From positions 6,679-70,678 of the forward strand of contig CAMLTY010000001.1 of NCBI GenBank assembly GCA_946486465.1: a stretch of DNA of 64,000 nt, in the 5' to 3' direction. Source of the DNA: an uncultured Mycoplasmatota bacterium (lineage in GTDB: Bacteria > Bacillota_I > Bacilli_A > RF39 > UBA660). Numbering within the stretch: position 1 is the first letter of the stretch; the number at the start of each line of letters is the position of its first letter. The position numbers and the translations under genes were made by a program. The notes beneath the pieces are model-generated. The model searched no databases. It saw nothing but the letters and a program-made list of their open reading frames with translations, and was not told the DNA's origin. Shown piece after piece: positions 51,870-62,953 of the stretch.

Positions 51870-53144
51870 ATGAGACTTAGTAGATTAAATATTAAAAAGA
51901 TTAACTTAAATGATATTGATAAGAACTATTCAGGACAAGATATTTTAATGAAACTAGGAGAACTTTATCAATATGAAAGTGGTATTTATGGATATGGAAA
52001 TCTTTGGACTAAATTAGAGCGAATTGTTGAAAACATTATTATTGAAGAATTAGATAAAGTAGGTTGTATTCAAGTAGAGTTTCCTAAACTACAACCTAAG
52101 AAAATATGGGAACAATCTAATAGATGGGATATGTACACTAAAGAAGGAGATATTATGTTTACTCTAGATAATAATCTAGGAGAATATGGACTTGCCCCAA
52201 CTGCAGAAGAATGTGCAACCCTATTTGGTGCTGCTAGACTTCCTTCATATAAAAACCTACCTGCTATATATTATCAAATAGGAGAAAAGTTTAGAAAAGA
52301 AATAAGAACTAGAGGTTATCTTTTTAGACCAAGAACATTTGTCATGATGGATGCCTATTCTTTTGATAAAACAGAAGAAGATATGAGAAAAACATATGAC
52401 CTAATGCATGAAGCTTACTTAAATATCTTTAAAAGACTAGGTATAAAAATAATGCCTACAGTAAGTGATAATGGTGTAATAGGTGGAAATGTTGCCGAAG
52501 AGTTCCAGGCAGCAACTAAACTTGGAGAAGATACTGTCCTTTATGATGAAGAACAAAATCTAGGTATTAACAAAGAAGTATTAGAATTTGATAATAAAGA
52601 CGACTATTTAAAACAATTAAATATAACTGATACTAGTAAATTGAAAGAGTATCAAGCAGTAGAGTTAGGTAATAATTTCCAATTAGGAACAAAATATTCA
52701 GAAAGCATGAAATTGTTCTATATAGATGAAAATGGTAATAATAAGCCATATTATATGGGATGCTATGGTATAGGATTAGGTAGAATAATCGCTTGTCTAA
52801 TAGAAAATAATGTTATTAGAAAAGATGATAAAATTAAAGGTTTCGCTCTACCTTATGAAATCGCTCCTTATAAAGTACAAATTATCTACAATGAGAATAA
52901 TAAAGAAAAAGCGGAAGAATTATATAAAGAATTAACAGACAATAATATTAATGCTATTATTGATGATAGAGAGAATTTAACTATTGGTAATAGAATTAAT
53001 GATGTATATGTACTAGGCACTCCTAAAATGATTATATTAGGTAATAAATTTGATGGAGAAAATTATTGTATAGAAAATACAAAAGATAATACTACTGATA
53101 CAGTTAATGTATCTGAAATTGTAAAATATTTTAAGAACATATAA
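51870..53144 (+). CDS. proS: Proline--tRNA ligase, minimal bacterial-type lacking the INS editing domain
   Basis: Class II motifs: motif-1 region FPKLQPKKIWEQSNRWDMY, motif 2 FRKEIRTRGYLFRPRTFVMMDAYSF, motif 3 GCYGIGLGRIIA; C-terminal HGTP anticodon-binding domain; only ~424 aa. Confidence 0.75.
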   Translation: MRLSRLNIKKINLNDIDKNYSGQDILMKLGELYQYESGIYGYGNLWTKLERIVENIIIEELDKVGCIQVEFPKLQPKKIWEQSNRWDMYTKEGDIMFTLDNNLGEYGLAPTAEECATLFGAARLPSYKNLPAIYYQIGEKFRKEIRTRGYLFRPRTFVMMDAYSFDKTEEDMRKTYDLMHEAYLNIFKRLGIKIMPTVSDNGVIGGNVAEEFQAATKLGEDTVLYDEEQNLGINKEVLEFDNKDDYLKQLNITDTSKLKEYQAVELGNNFQLGTKYSESMKLFYIDENGNNKPYYMGCYGIGLGRIIACLIENNVIRKDDKIKGFALPYEIAPYKVQIIYNENNKEKAEELYKELTDNNINAIIDDRENLTIGNRINDVYVLGTPKMIILGNKFDGENYCIENTKDNTTDTVNVSEIVKYFKNI

Positions 53145-53349
53145 AAGACTCAAATAGTGAGTTTTTTTTGACTCTAAAAAAAGAACTGCTAGAAATATCT
53201 AACAGTTCAATCTATAATATAGAGGATCTTCACACTTAACAGTGAACCTTCCTCATTAATACTATATGCAAGTTTCTATAAAATATACAAAAATATTTTG
53301 TTATAAAAATAAATATCTTGTATAATACTAATAAAGAGAGTTGATAAGA

Positions 53350-54475
53350 ATGAATAAAAATGAGTTATTAAGAGCATTAACAAGTGAAAAAGAAGAAATA
53401 CTAAGTTTATGGAGGTCACTTTGACACAGATAATAAACTTAAAGAACAAGAAGAACTAGAAAAAGAAACTACTAAAGAAGATTTTTGGAGTGATCCTAGT
53501 AAAGCAGAGACTACTATTAGTGAGTTAAAGAGGTTAAAGGAAAGAACATCTAAGTTAATAGACTTAAAGAAAAAAATATTTGACTCTATAGAATTACTAG
53601 AGATGTTAGATGAAGAAAGTGATAAAGATTTATTAGAAACTCTAGAAGTTGATAATAAGACAATAAAAGAAGATTTAAAGAGTTTAAGTATCTATCTACT
53701 ATTTAATAAACCATATGATAAAAATAACTGTATCGTTGAAATACATCCTGGTGCAGGAGGAACTGAATCTTGTGACTGGGCTAATATGCTTTATAGAATG
53801 TATACAAGATACTGTGAGAAAAAGAACTTTAAAATAGAACTACTTGACTATCAAGCAGGTGAAGAAGCAGGACTTAAGAGCGTCTCTTTTAAAGTAAAAG
53901 GTGAATATGCTTATGGCTATTTAAAAAATGAAAAAGGAGTCCATCGTCTAGTTAGACTATCTCCCTTTGACTCATCTAATCGTCGTCATACTTCTTTTGC
54001 AAGCATCGATGTAACTCCAGAAATATCTAAAGATATTAAGATAGATATAAATGAAAAAGACTTAAAAATAGATGTCTATCGTTCAACAGGTGCCGGAGGT
54101 CAAGGAGTAAACACTACTGATAGTGCAGTACGTATTACTCACTTACCTACTAAAATAGTTGTAACTTGTCAAAATGAAAGAAGTCAAATTCAAAATAAAG
54201 AAACGGCTTTACAAGTATTAAAGAGTAAGTTATATGTATTAGAAGAACAAAAAAAGGAACAAGAACTTGCTAAAGAAAAAGGTATTCAATCTAATATAGA
54301 TTTTGGTAGTCAAATAAGAAGTTATATTTTACACCCATATTCTCTAGTTAAAGACCATAGAACTAATTATGAAACTAGTAATACTAAAGGAGTATTAGAT
54401 GGAGAGATAGATAGTTTTATTGAAAGTAGTCTAAAAGGAGGACTAAATGAAGAAAATGATAAAGCAAAAGATTAG
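53350..54475 (+). CDS. prfB: Peptide chain release factor 2, made by a programmed +1 frameshift (join 53350..53421, 53423..54475)
   Basis: Frame 0 reads MNKNELLRALTSEKEEILSLWRSL then TGA; SD-like GGAGG followed by tca CTT TGA C is the canonical RF2 shift site; the +1 frame continues into the 290-aa ORF carrying SPF and GGQ motifs. Confidence 0.9.
53411..53425 (+). promoter_or_regulatory. RF2 autoregulatory +1 frameshift site
   Basis: GGAGGtcaCTTTGAC: internal SD, slippery CUU codon, in-frame UGA and the following C. Confidence 0.85.
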
Positions 54476-55295
54476 AATTAAAGAATTAATAGAATTTATC
54501 ATAGGTTGCTTTCTAGTTGCACTAGCCTTTAATCTTTTCATGTCACCTAATAACTTAGTAGCAGGAGGAGTAAGTGGTTTTTCTTTAATATTAAAACATT
54601 TCTTTGGATTAAATCCTTCAACCATTATCTCTGTCGCTAACGTTTTCCTAATTATATTATCATTCCTAGTCTTAGGAAAAGAAAAAACTAAAGCGACAAT
54701 ACTTGGTTCTATTCTTTTTCCAATATTTGTAAGTCTAACAGAACATTTATCTACTTATATAAGTTTTAAAGAAAGTGAAATGATACTAATCGCTGTCTTT
54801 GGTGGAGTTCTACAAGGTCTAGGAGCAGGTCTTATATTTAGAGCAGGTTATTCAACAGGTGGAACAGATATCTTAAATATGATAGTTTCTAAAATATTTA
54901 AAATTAGTCTTGGTAACAGTATGTTCTTTACTGATGGAACTATCATTGTAATAGGAGCTTTTGTCTTTGGCTTTAATCACTTAATGTATTCACTTATAAT
55001 CCTTTACTTAATTTCTACCCTAACAGATAAAGTAGTCTTAGGAATATCTGATTCTAAAGCTTTTTATATAATTACTAGCAAAGAAAAAGAAGTTAAAGAC
55101 TTCGTTATAAATGAATTAAAACATGGTGTTACAGAGTTCAATGCTAAAGGTGGATATAACAGTGAAAATCAAACTGTTCTTATGAGTGTTGTTCCAACAA
55201 GAGAATACTATAAATTAAAAGAAGGAATCCATAATATAGATAAAAATGCTTTCTTTGTTGCCATGGATTCCTATGAAGTAAAAGGTGGTGCTTAG
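54447..55295 (+). CDS. YitT-family (DUF161/DUF2179) membrane protein, copy 1
   Basis: 282 aa, 5-6 TM helices plus a C-terminal DUF2179-like domain. Confidence 0.7.
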   Translation: MKKMIKQKIRIKELIEFIIGCFLVALAFNLFMSPNNLVAGGVSGFSLILKHFFGLNPSTIISVANVFLIILSFLVLGKEKTKATILGSILFPIFVSLTEHLSTYISFKESEMILIAVFGGVLQGLGAGLIFRAGYSTGGTDILNMIVSKIFKISLGNSMFFTDGTIIVIGAFVFGFNHLMYSLIILYLISTLTDKVVLGISDSKAFYIITSKEKEVKDFVINELKHGVTEFNAKGGYNSENQTVLMSVVPTREYYKLKEGIHNIDKNAFFVAMDSYEVKGGA

Positions 55296-55297
55296 TA

Positions 55298-56143
55298 GTG
55301 GTAAAAATAGATAAGACTAAACTATGGTATAGATATGGAGTTTTAATATTTAGTCTTTTTATCTCATCATTAGTATTTAATCTTTTACTATACCCAACAG
55401 ACTTAGTAACAGGAGGAATGAATGGAGTTGCCATCATACTAAATCACATCTTTGATATATCTCCCTCATTAGTTATTTTAGTAGGTTCACTTATTTTATT
55501 AGGACTAAGCTATTTATTTCTAGGATTAGATCAAACAGCCGGTTCTCTAGTTGCAACCCTAGTTTATCCCTTATTTGTATCTCTAACAGAACCCTTAGCA
55601 AGATATATTGTAATAGATACTAGTGACTTAATCTTAATGAGTATCTTAATAGGAATACTACTAGGAATAACTAATGGTCTCATGTATAAAGTAGGTTTTA
55701 GTAACGGCGGCCTAAATATAATTAGCCAAATAGTCTATAAATACTTTCATATATCTCTTGCTAAAACAACCATGGTAATTAACTTTATCGTTGTTCTAAT
55801 CGGTGGAGTTTACTTTGGCTTTAATATGATGTTATATGCTTTTATAATTATATATATTAGTGGATTTGTAATAGATAAAGTAATACTAGGAATATCTAAA
55901 AATAAAGCATTCTATATAACAACAAGTAAAGAAGAACAAGTAAAAGAATATCTAATAAATAAATTACATCATACAGTCACAATATTTGATGTTAAAGGTG
56001 GTTTCTTACAAAAGAAAAGAAGAGTATTATTAGCAGTTGTACCTACAAGGGATTACTTTAGATTAAAAGAAGGTATCAAAGAAATAGATCCAAAAGCCTT
56101 CTTTGTCGTAACAGATGCTTATGAAGTAGGTGGAGGAAAATAA
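55298..56143 (+). CDS. YitT-family membrane protein, copy 2 (tandem paralog)
   Basis: 281 aa, collinear similarity to copy 1 (for example GGxNGxAIILNH, ...FYITTSKEE...); GTG start after aaaggtggtg. Confidence 0.7.
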   Translation: MVKIDKTKLWYRYGVLIFSLFISSLVFNLLLYPTDLVTGGMNGVAIILNHIFDISPSLVILVGSLILLGLSYLFLGLDQTAGSLVATLVYPLFVSLTEPLARYIVIDTSDLILMSILIGILLGITNGLMYKVGFSNGGLNIISQIVYKYFHISLAKTTMVINFIVVLIGGVYFGFNMMLYAFIIIYISGFVIDKVILGISKNKAFYITTSKEEQVKEYLINKLHHTVTIFDVKGGFLQKKRRVLLAVVPTRDYFRLKEGIKEIDPKAFFVVTDAYEVGGGK

Positions 56144-56244
56144 ATCCTCTTTTTTTTGACTCAAATTTGTCAAACTACCAATAATTTACTATATACATAT
56201 ATTGTCGAAATATGTTATACTGTTCTATGAATAGGATGATGTTA

Positions 56245-56934
56245 ATGGATTTAATTAGAGTTAAAAATGTAAATAAACAATATAAAAATGGTGTAACTGC
56301 TATCTATGACTTAAGCCTTAATATAAAGAAAGGTTCTTTTGTCTTCGTAATAGGTGGCTCAGGCTCTGGTAAAAGTACTTTTATCAAGATGTTATACCGT
56401 GAAGAAAAACCAACTAGTGGTGAAATAATAGTTGGTGGTATTAATGTTGCAAAACTTAGAAACAACAAAGTTTATAAACTAAGAAGAAAACTAGGTATAG
56501 TATTCCAGGATTACCGGTTACTACCTAAACTAACAGTATATGAAAATGTTGCCTTTACAATGGAGTCAATCGGTGCCACCAAACAGGAAACAAGAAAAAA
56601 AGTGTTAAAAGCTTTAGAACTAGTAGGACTTAAAGCTAAAATACATAATTATCCAGACCAATTATCAGGTGGAGAACAACAACGTGTTGCCATAGCAAGA
56701 GCGATTGTTAATGAACCAAGAATATTACTTTGTGATGAACCAACAGGAAACCTTGATCCAGAACGTAGTATGGAAATAGTCAAAGTTCTAGAAGAAATCA
56801 ATAAAACATGTGGCACAACAATAATTATGGCAACTCATGACAAAGAAATAGTTAACAAAATGCAAAAAGAAGTAGTTTTACTAAAGGATGGAAGATTAAT
56901 CAAACATCTTGAGAAAGGGGGCTATGAAGAATGA
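56245..56934 (+). CDS. ftsE: Cell-division ABC ATPase FtsE
   Basis: Walker [10 protein letters not shown], signature LSGGEQQRV, Walker B LLCDEPT; N-terminus aligns with Bacillus FtsE from ATG 56245. Confidence 0.9.
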   Translation: MDLIRVKNVNKQYKNGVTAIYDLSLNIKKGSFVFVIGGSGSGKSTFIKMLYREEKPTSGEIIVGGINVAKLRNNKVYKLRRKLGIVFQDYRLLPKLTVYENVAFTMESIGATKQETRKKVLKALELVGLKAKIHNYPDQLSGGEQQRVAIARAIVNEPRILLCDEPTGNLDPERSMEIVKVLEEINKTCGTTIIMATHDKEIVNKMQKEVVLLKDGRLIKHLEKGGYEE

Positions 56935-57830
56935 AATTCTTTAGAACGTTAAGAAGAAGTATAAGAGATGCTTTTAAAAGTGTTTTTAGAAATTTCAGCC
57001 TTTCCCTTGCCTCAATTTCTTGTATTACAATTACTTTAATTATAGTAGCAATTTCTATAATAGTTACTTTCAATGTTCAAAGTTTTACTAAAGAAATGGA
57101 AAAAGATTTAACTATAGTTGTTTTTCTAGATACTGATACAACAGAAGAACAAACTAGTGATATAAGAGAAAGATTAGAGAAAATTACTAATGTTGAATCA
57201 TTAACTTTCCAAAGTAAAGCTGCTATTAAAGAAGAAATGAGTAAAGAAAGTGATGTCTTTAATGAAGTAATGAGTACTTGGAATGAAGAAGATAATCCTC
57301 TAAAAGATACATTCCAAGTAAAAGTAAAAGATGTTGAAAAAATATCAGATACTGCTAAAAAAATAGAAAAAATTGATAAAGTAAGTACTGTTCGTTATGG
57401 AGAAGGAATGGTCGATAATTTAATTTCTGCATTTGAAGCTGCTCAAAATGTATCATATGGTGTCGTAATCGCTTTAATATTAGTAACAGTATTCTTAATT
57501 ATAAATACAATTAAACTAACAATCTTCTCAAGAAAAAGAGAAATATCTATAATGAGACTAGTAGGAGCCTCTAATTTTACTATAAAAACTCCATTTATAG
57601 TAGAAGGAATGGTCCTAGGATTATTTGGTTCAATCGTACCAATATTAATTGTATGTTTTGGTTATGTTGCCTTATATAATCATTTTGATGGTTACTTATA
57701 TAGTAGAATGATTACTTTAATTGAACCAGAACCATTTATTTATATGGTATCAGGAATAGTTGTAGTAATAGGTATAATTGTTGGTATGATAGGTTCAGCT
57801 TCTGCCGTTAGAAAATATTTAAAAGTATAA
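56931..57830 (+). CDS. ftsX: Cell-division permease-like protein FtsX
   Basis: 299 aa; 4 TM helices with a large extracellular loop; coupled to ftsE. Confidence 0.9.
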   Translation: MKFFRTLRRSIRDAFKSVFRNFSLSLASISCITITLIIVAISIIVTFNVQSFTKEMEKDLTIVVFLDTDTTEEQTSDIRERLEKITNVESLTFQSKAAIKEEMSKESDVFNEVMSTWNEEDNPLKDTFQVKVKDVEKISDTAKKIEKIDKVSTVRYGEGMVDNLISAFEAAQNVSYGVVIALILVTVFLIINTIKLTIFSRKREISIMRLVGASNFTIKTPFIVEGMVLGLFGSIVPILIVCFGYVALYNHFDGYLYSRMITLIEPEPFIYMVSGIVVVIGIIVGMIGSASAVRKYLKV

Positions 57831-57846
57831 AAAGGAGGTGTTGTTT

Positions 57847-59040
57847 TTGAAGAAAATAAGTTCAGTTCTATTAGTAATATTATTAGCAGTTTTTCTAGTT
57901 CCTGTTAATACTAATGCTAAAACTTTAGGTGATTTAAGAGATGAGGTAGAAGAATTTACTGCTGATTTAGATAATAAAAATAACCAAATCGCTGCCAATG
58001 ATGCAGAAGTAAAAGAAATACAAAAAAGAATTGCTGATATCGAAAGTCAAATAAGTAAAATTGAAAGCGAAACAGCAGTTTTAGAGCAAGAAATAGAAGA
58101 ATCAAACAATGAAATCGCTGAAAAAAGTGAACAAAGTAAATCTTTATTTCAATATCTTCAAGTTAGTGAAGGAGAAAATGCTTATTTAGAGTATATCTTT
58201 GGAGCGACAGATGTTACTGATATGGTTTATCGTATGGCGATAGTTGAACAGCTAACTGAATATAATGACCAAATCATGGATGAGCTTACACAATTAGTAA
58301 AAGAAAATGAACAAAGAAAAGAAGAACTTGCTACTAAAAATGCCGAACTTGAAAAATTAACAACTGAATTAGAAGCTGAACAAGCTAAAATCAATGAGGA
58401 AACAGCAGCTATTAAAGATGCAATGCCAAGTGTACAACAACAATTAAAAGAAGCTAAAGCAAATATAGAGTATTATGAAAATATAGGCTGTGGTGAAAAT
58501 GAGGATCTTTCCGCTTGCCAAATTAGATATGATAGAAATAATTCTAGTAGTGGTAGTGGAGGAGCAGGAAATATTATGCCTCCATCAGCATCAGGCTTTT
58601 ATAGACCAATGGTAAGTGGTTATGTTACCCAAAATTGGATGAATGCAGGACACTTGGGAATAGACTTATCAAATACAAATAAGACAATAGAAATTTACCC
58701 TATCGCAACAGGAGTAGTTTTTGCAAAATACTACGATAGTGCTGGAGCTTTAGTATTAAAGATAAGACATTATGTAAATGGTAGATATTTGTACTCAACT
58801 TATGCTCATCTTTCTGCCTGGTACGTTAATGTTGGAGATATTGTAACTCCAGATACTGTAATTGGTAGAATGGGTAATACAGGATATTCTTTTGGAGCCC
58901 ATCTACACCTTGAACTTTCAACCTGTGATTGGCATGCAGGAGGTGGTTGTACATGGGGAACATATCAAAGAAGTACAATCAATCCAAGACAATATATAGG
59001 ATTCCCATCAGGACTAAGAGTTTGGTGGAATGGAAGATAA
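57847..59040 (+). CDS. Coiled-coil M23 peptidoglycan endopeptidase (EnvC/PcsB-like FtsEX partner)
   Basis: Signal peptide MKKISSVLLVILLAVFLVPVNTNA; long coiled coil; C-terminal M23 motifs HLGIDL and HLHLE. Confidence 0.8.
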   Translation: MKKISSVLLVILLAVFLVPVNTNAKTLGDLRDEVEEFTADLDNKNNQIAANDAEVKEIQKRIADIESQISKIESETAVLEQEIEESNNEIAEKSEQSKSLFQYLQVSEGENAYLEYIFGATDVTDMVYRMAIVEQLTEYNDQIMDELTQLVKENEQRKEELATKNAELEKLTTELEAEQAKINEETAAIKDAMPSVQQQLKEAKANIEYYENIGCGENEDLSACQIRYDRNNSSSGSGGAGNIMPPSASGFYRPMVSGYVTQNWMNAGHLGIDLSNTNKTIEIYPIATGVVFAKYYDSAGALVLKIRHYVNGRYLYSTYAHLSAWYVNVGDIVTPDTVIGRMGNTGYSFGAHLHLELSTCDWHAGGGCTWGTYQRSTINPRQYIGFPSGLRVWWNGR

Positions 59041-59041
59041 T

Positions 59042-59049
59042 TATAGCAT
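59042..59049. repeat. 8-bp target-site duplication (TATAGCAT), left copy
   Basis: Identical 8-mer flanks the other end of the element at 60514-60521. Confidence 0.7.
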
Positions 59050-60513
59050 GGTTCTTTGTCAAATAGTGTTGGTAGACAATAATTTGATACAAGGAATTGA
59101 TAATATGAAGGATGGTTTTTATCATCCTTTTATAATGCCAGAAATTAAGAATATTCTAGCGATGAAATGATCATATTTTCTATAACCAAAAGCAATCCTT
59201 TTTAAACATTTAATTAAATTATTTTTACCTTCAATAATTCCATTATTTATATCATATTTAAATGAGTTATGTATATATTTAATATTCTTTTTATATAATT
59301 TTAAAGTTTTTTTCATTTTATTAGAAACATTATTATTTTGATGAAAAACAATATTTTTAAATTTATTAAAGTCTTTATTTCTTAATGAATTAATAAGCCC
59401 TTGATAACATTCATAAGTAGCCTTTAAAGTCTTATCTGTATTAACTAGAAAAGATACAATTTCTTTTTGAGAAATTTCTTTCTTAAAGTGTTTATCATAT
59501 TTTTTCTCATTAGATAAATCATTCTCGTTTTTAAGTATTAATTTCCAAAATTTTTTAAGCTTTTTATAATTAGGATTAGACTTATAACAAAGACCAATTC
59601 TAGTAGAATTAAGAGCATTATAAGCTTGAACAACAATATGAAATCTATCAATAACAATATCAGCATTTTTAAAAAGCTTTTCTGCTAAAGAAATATACCC
59701 AGAATAGAAATCCATAGAAATAAGTTTTACCTTTTGTCTTTCGGCCCTAGAATATCTTTTAAAATAAATTTCTAAATCCCTAGACTTTCTGGAGTCTTGA
59801 ATATCAAAGATAGAGCCTTTATCATTGTCAGTAATAATAAAAGCCATTTTACCTTTAGTATCATTAGTAGCCTTAAACTCATCCCAGTTCATACATGATG
59901 GTAAATGTTCATGCCTTAAAACAGTGTGAGAAGATATTTCATTTAACTTTCTATCAATTTTAGATACAGAAACATCTAATCTTTTGGCGATATCTTTTTC
60001 ACTTTGTTTAGACATTAATTCCATAGAAATTTGCAGTTCTGTATTATTGGATATGTTCTTATTTTTATCAACAAGAGAAGTTTCGGCAAGAAAAGTATTA
60101 TGACAATGTTTACAAAAGAATCTTTGTTTATGAAGGATTAATAAGGAAAGACAATTGGAAATTTTAGGAATTTTAATTTTACAATTTTTTCTAAAACCCC
60201 ATTTAATAATATCGTTGGTAGATTCATTAACAATACCACAACAAGGACAATGATCAGGAGTATAAGTTAAAATACCCTCAATTACCTTATAATTCTTATT
60301 TTTAATAGTTTTATTTTGAATATTATTAAGAATAAAGATATTATGGTCTTCAATATTTAACAAATTTAAGATATAATCATTATGAGACATGTAATCACAA
60401 CCTTTCAATGTTTGTTTTTTTGTCAATTACATTGTATCAGATTACATGTCTTTTTTTGCTAAATAAAATAGTGCCAGTGATTTTCTTCACCAACACTATT
60501 TATAATACAACCT
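59050..60513 (-). mobile_element. Intact ISL3-family insertion sequence (1464 bp)
   Basis: ~28-bp imperfect terminal inverted repeats (GGTTCTTTGTCAAATAGTGTTGGTAGAC versus GGTTGTATTATAAATAGTGTTGGTGAAG, 20 of 28 identical); single transposase ORF; 8-bp direct repeats TATAGCAT at both ends. Confidence 0.8.
59122..60390 (-). CDS. ISL3-family DDE transposase
   Basis: N-terminal zinc finger (CPCCG...C) and ISL3-type DDE catalytic region; start taken at MSHNDYILNLLNIED (the track start MTKKQ at 60426 is also possible). Confidence 0.8.
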   Translation of the reverse strand: MSHNDYILNLLNIEDHNIFILNNIQNKTIKNKNYKVIEGILTYTPDHCPCCGIVNESTNDIIKWGFRKNCKIKIPKISNCLSLLILHKQRFFCKHCHNTFLAETSLVDKNKNISNNTELQISMELMSKQSEKDIAKRLDVSVSKIDRKLNEISSHTVLRHEHLPSCMNWDEFKATNDTKGKMAFIITDNDKGSIFDIQDSRKSRDLEIYFKRYSRAERQKVKLISMDFYSGYISLAEKLFKNADIVIDRFHIVVQAYNALNSTRIGLCYKSNPNYKKLKKFWKLILKNENDLSNEKKYDKHFKKEISQKEIVSFLVNTDKTLKATYECYQGLINSLRNKDFNKFKNIVFHQNNNVSNKMKKTLKLYKKNIKYIHNSFKYDINNGIIEGKNNLIKCLKRIAFGYRKYDHFIARIFLISGIIKG

Positions 60514-60521
60514 ATAGCATA
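60514..60521. repeat. 8-bp target-site duplication (TATAGCAT), right copy
   Basis: See left copy. Confidence 0.7.
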
Positions 60522-60540
60522 GGCAAGTCCTATGCTTTTA
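60518..60540 (+). terminator. Terminator of the M23 peptidase gene, now separated from it by the IS
   Basis: GCATAGG-caagt-CCTATGC followed by TTTT; the target-site duplication overlaps its 5' arm. Confidence 0.55.
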
Positions 60541-60555
60541 ATATAAAGGAGAAAT

Positions 60556-60882
60556 ATGATAACATTAGAAGATTTTAATAAAATAGATTTAAGAGTTGGT
60601 ACGATAATAGACGCAAGTATAAATAAAGGAGCAAGAAAGAAAGCTTATAAATTAAAAATAGACTTTGGTCCATTAGGTATAAAAAAGTCATCCACTCAGA
60701 TTACAGATTTATATAAAGAAGAAGATTTAATAGGAAAACAAATAATCGCAGTAGTTAACTTTAAACCAATTCATATCTCAGAGGTAACAAGTGAAGTCCT
60801 AGTATTAGGAGTTGTAACTAATAGTGGAGTAGTTTTACTAAATCTAGATAGTAAAGTAGAAGATGGCTTAAAGATATCTTAA
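60556..60882 (+). CDS. csaA: tRNA-binding domain protein (CsaA/EMAP-like)
   Basis: 108 aa; LRVGTIIDA...KLKIDFG... OB-fold tRNA-binding signature. Confidence 0.75.
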   Translation: MITLEDFNKIDLRVGTIIDASINKGARKKAYKLKIDFGPLGIKKSSTQITDLYKEEDLIGKQIIAVVNFKPIHISEVTSEVLVLGVVTNSGVVLLNLDSKVEDGLKIS

Positions 60883-60999
60883 AATTATAGACTTTGTCAC
60901 TATATATACTATTGCATTATAAATAAAAAAGTTTTTAAAAAGTAAATTTCTTTGTCAGTGTATAATCTTAATGATATAATACTTGCAAGGAGTGATGCC

Positions 61000-62953
61000 T
61001 ATGTTCAAATTAGTATCAAAATTTAAGCCAAGTGGAGACCAACCAGAAGCGATAAAAGAGCTAGTAGAAGGAATTAAAGAAGGTAAAAAAGAACAAGTCT
61101 TATTAGGAGCGACAGGAACAGGTAAAACTTTTACTATGGCTAATGTTATTAAAGAAGTTAATAAACCAACCCTAATCCTAGCCCATAACAAGACTCTAGC
61201 AGGACAACTCTATTCAGAGATGAAAGAATTATTCCCAGAAAATAATGTTGAGTACTTTGTTTCTTATTATGACTATTATCAGCCTGAAGCATATGTTCCA
61301 AGCACTGATACATATATTGAAAAAGACTCATCTATAAACGATGAAATAGATGAACTTCGTCATGCTGCAACATCTGCATTACTCTCATCAAAAGATACAA
61401 TCGTTGTCGCAAGTGTTTCTTGTATCTATGGTATTGGAGAAGTAGAAGAATATAAAAATAAAATGTTAACCCTAAGAGTAGGAGAAGAAATAGAGAGAAA
61501 TGAAGTCTTAGTAAAACTTGTAGAAATGCAATATGCAAGAAATGATTTAGACTTTCATCGTGGTACTTTTAGAGTAAGAGGAGATGTCTTAGAAATAATT
61601 CCTACTAATCAAAATCAAACCGGTTATAGAATAGAATTCTTTGGTAGTGAAATAGATAGAATTAGTGAAATAGATGTTTTAACTGGAACAGTAATTTCTA
61701 ATAAGAAAAATGTTAGTATCTTCCCAGCTAGCCACTTTGTAATTAGTGATGATAAATTAAAAGAAGCGATTAAACGGATAAAAAAAGAACTAACAGAACG
61801 TTTAGAGGAACTTAAGAGCCAAAATAAGTTACTAGCAGCAGAACGACTTGAACAACGAACTAACTATGATTTAGAGATGTTAGAAGAAACAGGATTCTGT
61901 CACGGTATTGAAAACTATTCTGCTCCTATGGCAGGACGCAAACCTGGAGAGACTCCTACAACCCTAATGGATTTCTTTGGTGATGATTATCTTCTAATAG
62001 TAGATGAATCCCATGTAACCTTACCTCAAGTAAGAGGAATGTATAATGGAGATAGAGCAAGAAAACAAAACTTAGTTGATTATGGGTTCCGCTTACCTAG
62101 TGCCCTTGATAACCGTCCCCTAAAGTTTGATGAATTTGAAAAGAAAATAAAACAGGCAATATATGTATCTGCAACACCAGGTGATTATGAACTTGAAAAA
62201 ACACATGGTAAGTTTGTAGAACAAATCATTAGACCTACAGGACTACTTGATCCAACTATTGAAGTTAGAAAGACAGAAGGCCAAATAGATGACTTAGTAG
62301 GAGAGATAAATGAACGTATTAAGAAAAATGAAAGAGTCTTAATTACAACCTTAACTATTAGAATGAGTGAAGAGTTAACTAACTACTTAAAAGACTTAGA
62401 TATCAAAGTAGCATATCTTCATACCGAAATAAAAACATTAGAGCGTCTACAAATTATTCATGATTTAAGATGTGGTATTTATGATGTTGTTGTGGGAATA
62501 AACCTTTTACGTGAAGGTATAGATATCCCAGAAGTATCTCTAATCGCTATATTAGATGCCGATAAAGAAGGATTCTTAAGAAGTGAACGAAGCCTTATTC
62601 AAACAATTGGACGTTGTGCAAGAAATGCTAACGGACATGTTATTATGTATGGAGATAATATAACAGATTCTATGGATAAAGCGATTAAAGAGACAAAACG
62701 TCGTCGTGAAATCCAAGAAGCATATAATAAAGAACATGGTATAGTTCCTAAAACAATAGAAAAAGAAATAAGAGAAGTTATTAGTAATGTCGATACTAAA
62801 GACTCTACTAAACCTAAGAAGAAATTAACTAAGAAAGAAAAGATGCTAGAAATAGAACGAATTGAACAAGAAATGAAAGAAGCCGCTAAAAATCTTGACT
62901 TTGAACGTGCTATGGAGTTAAGGAATGCTTTGTTTGAAATGAAGAGTGAATAA
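61000..62953 (+). CDS. uvrB: Excinuclease ABC subunit B
   Basis: Walker [11 protein letters not shown], helicase motifs, C-terminal UVR domain ([14 protein letters not shown]); ATG 61000 after aaggagtga. Confidence 0.95.
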
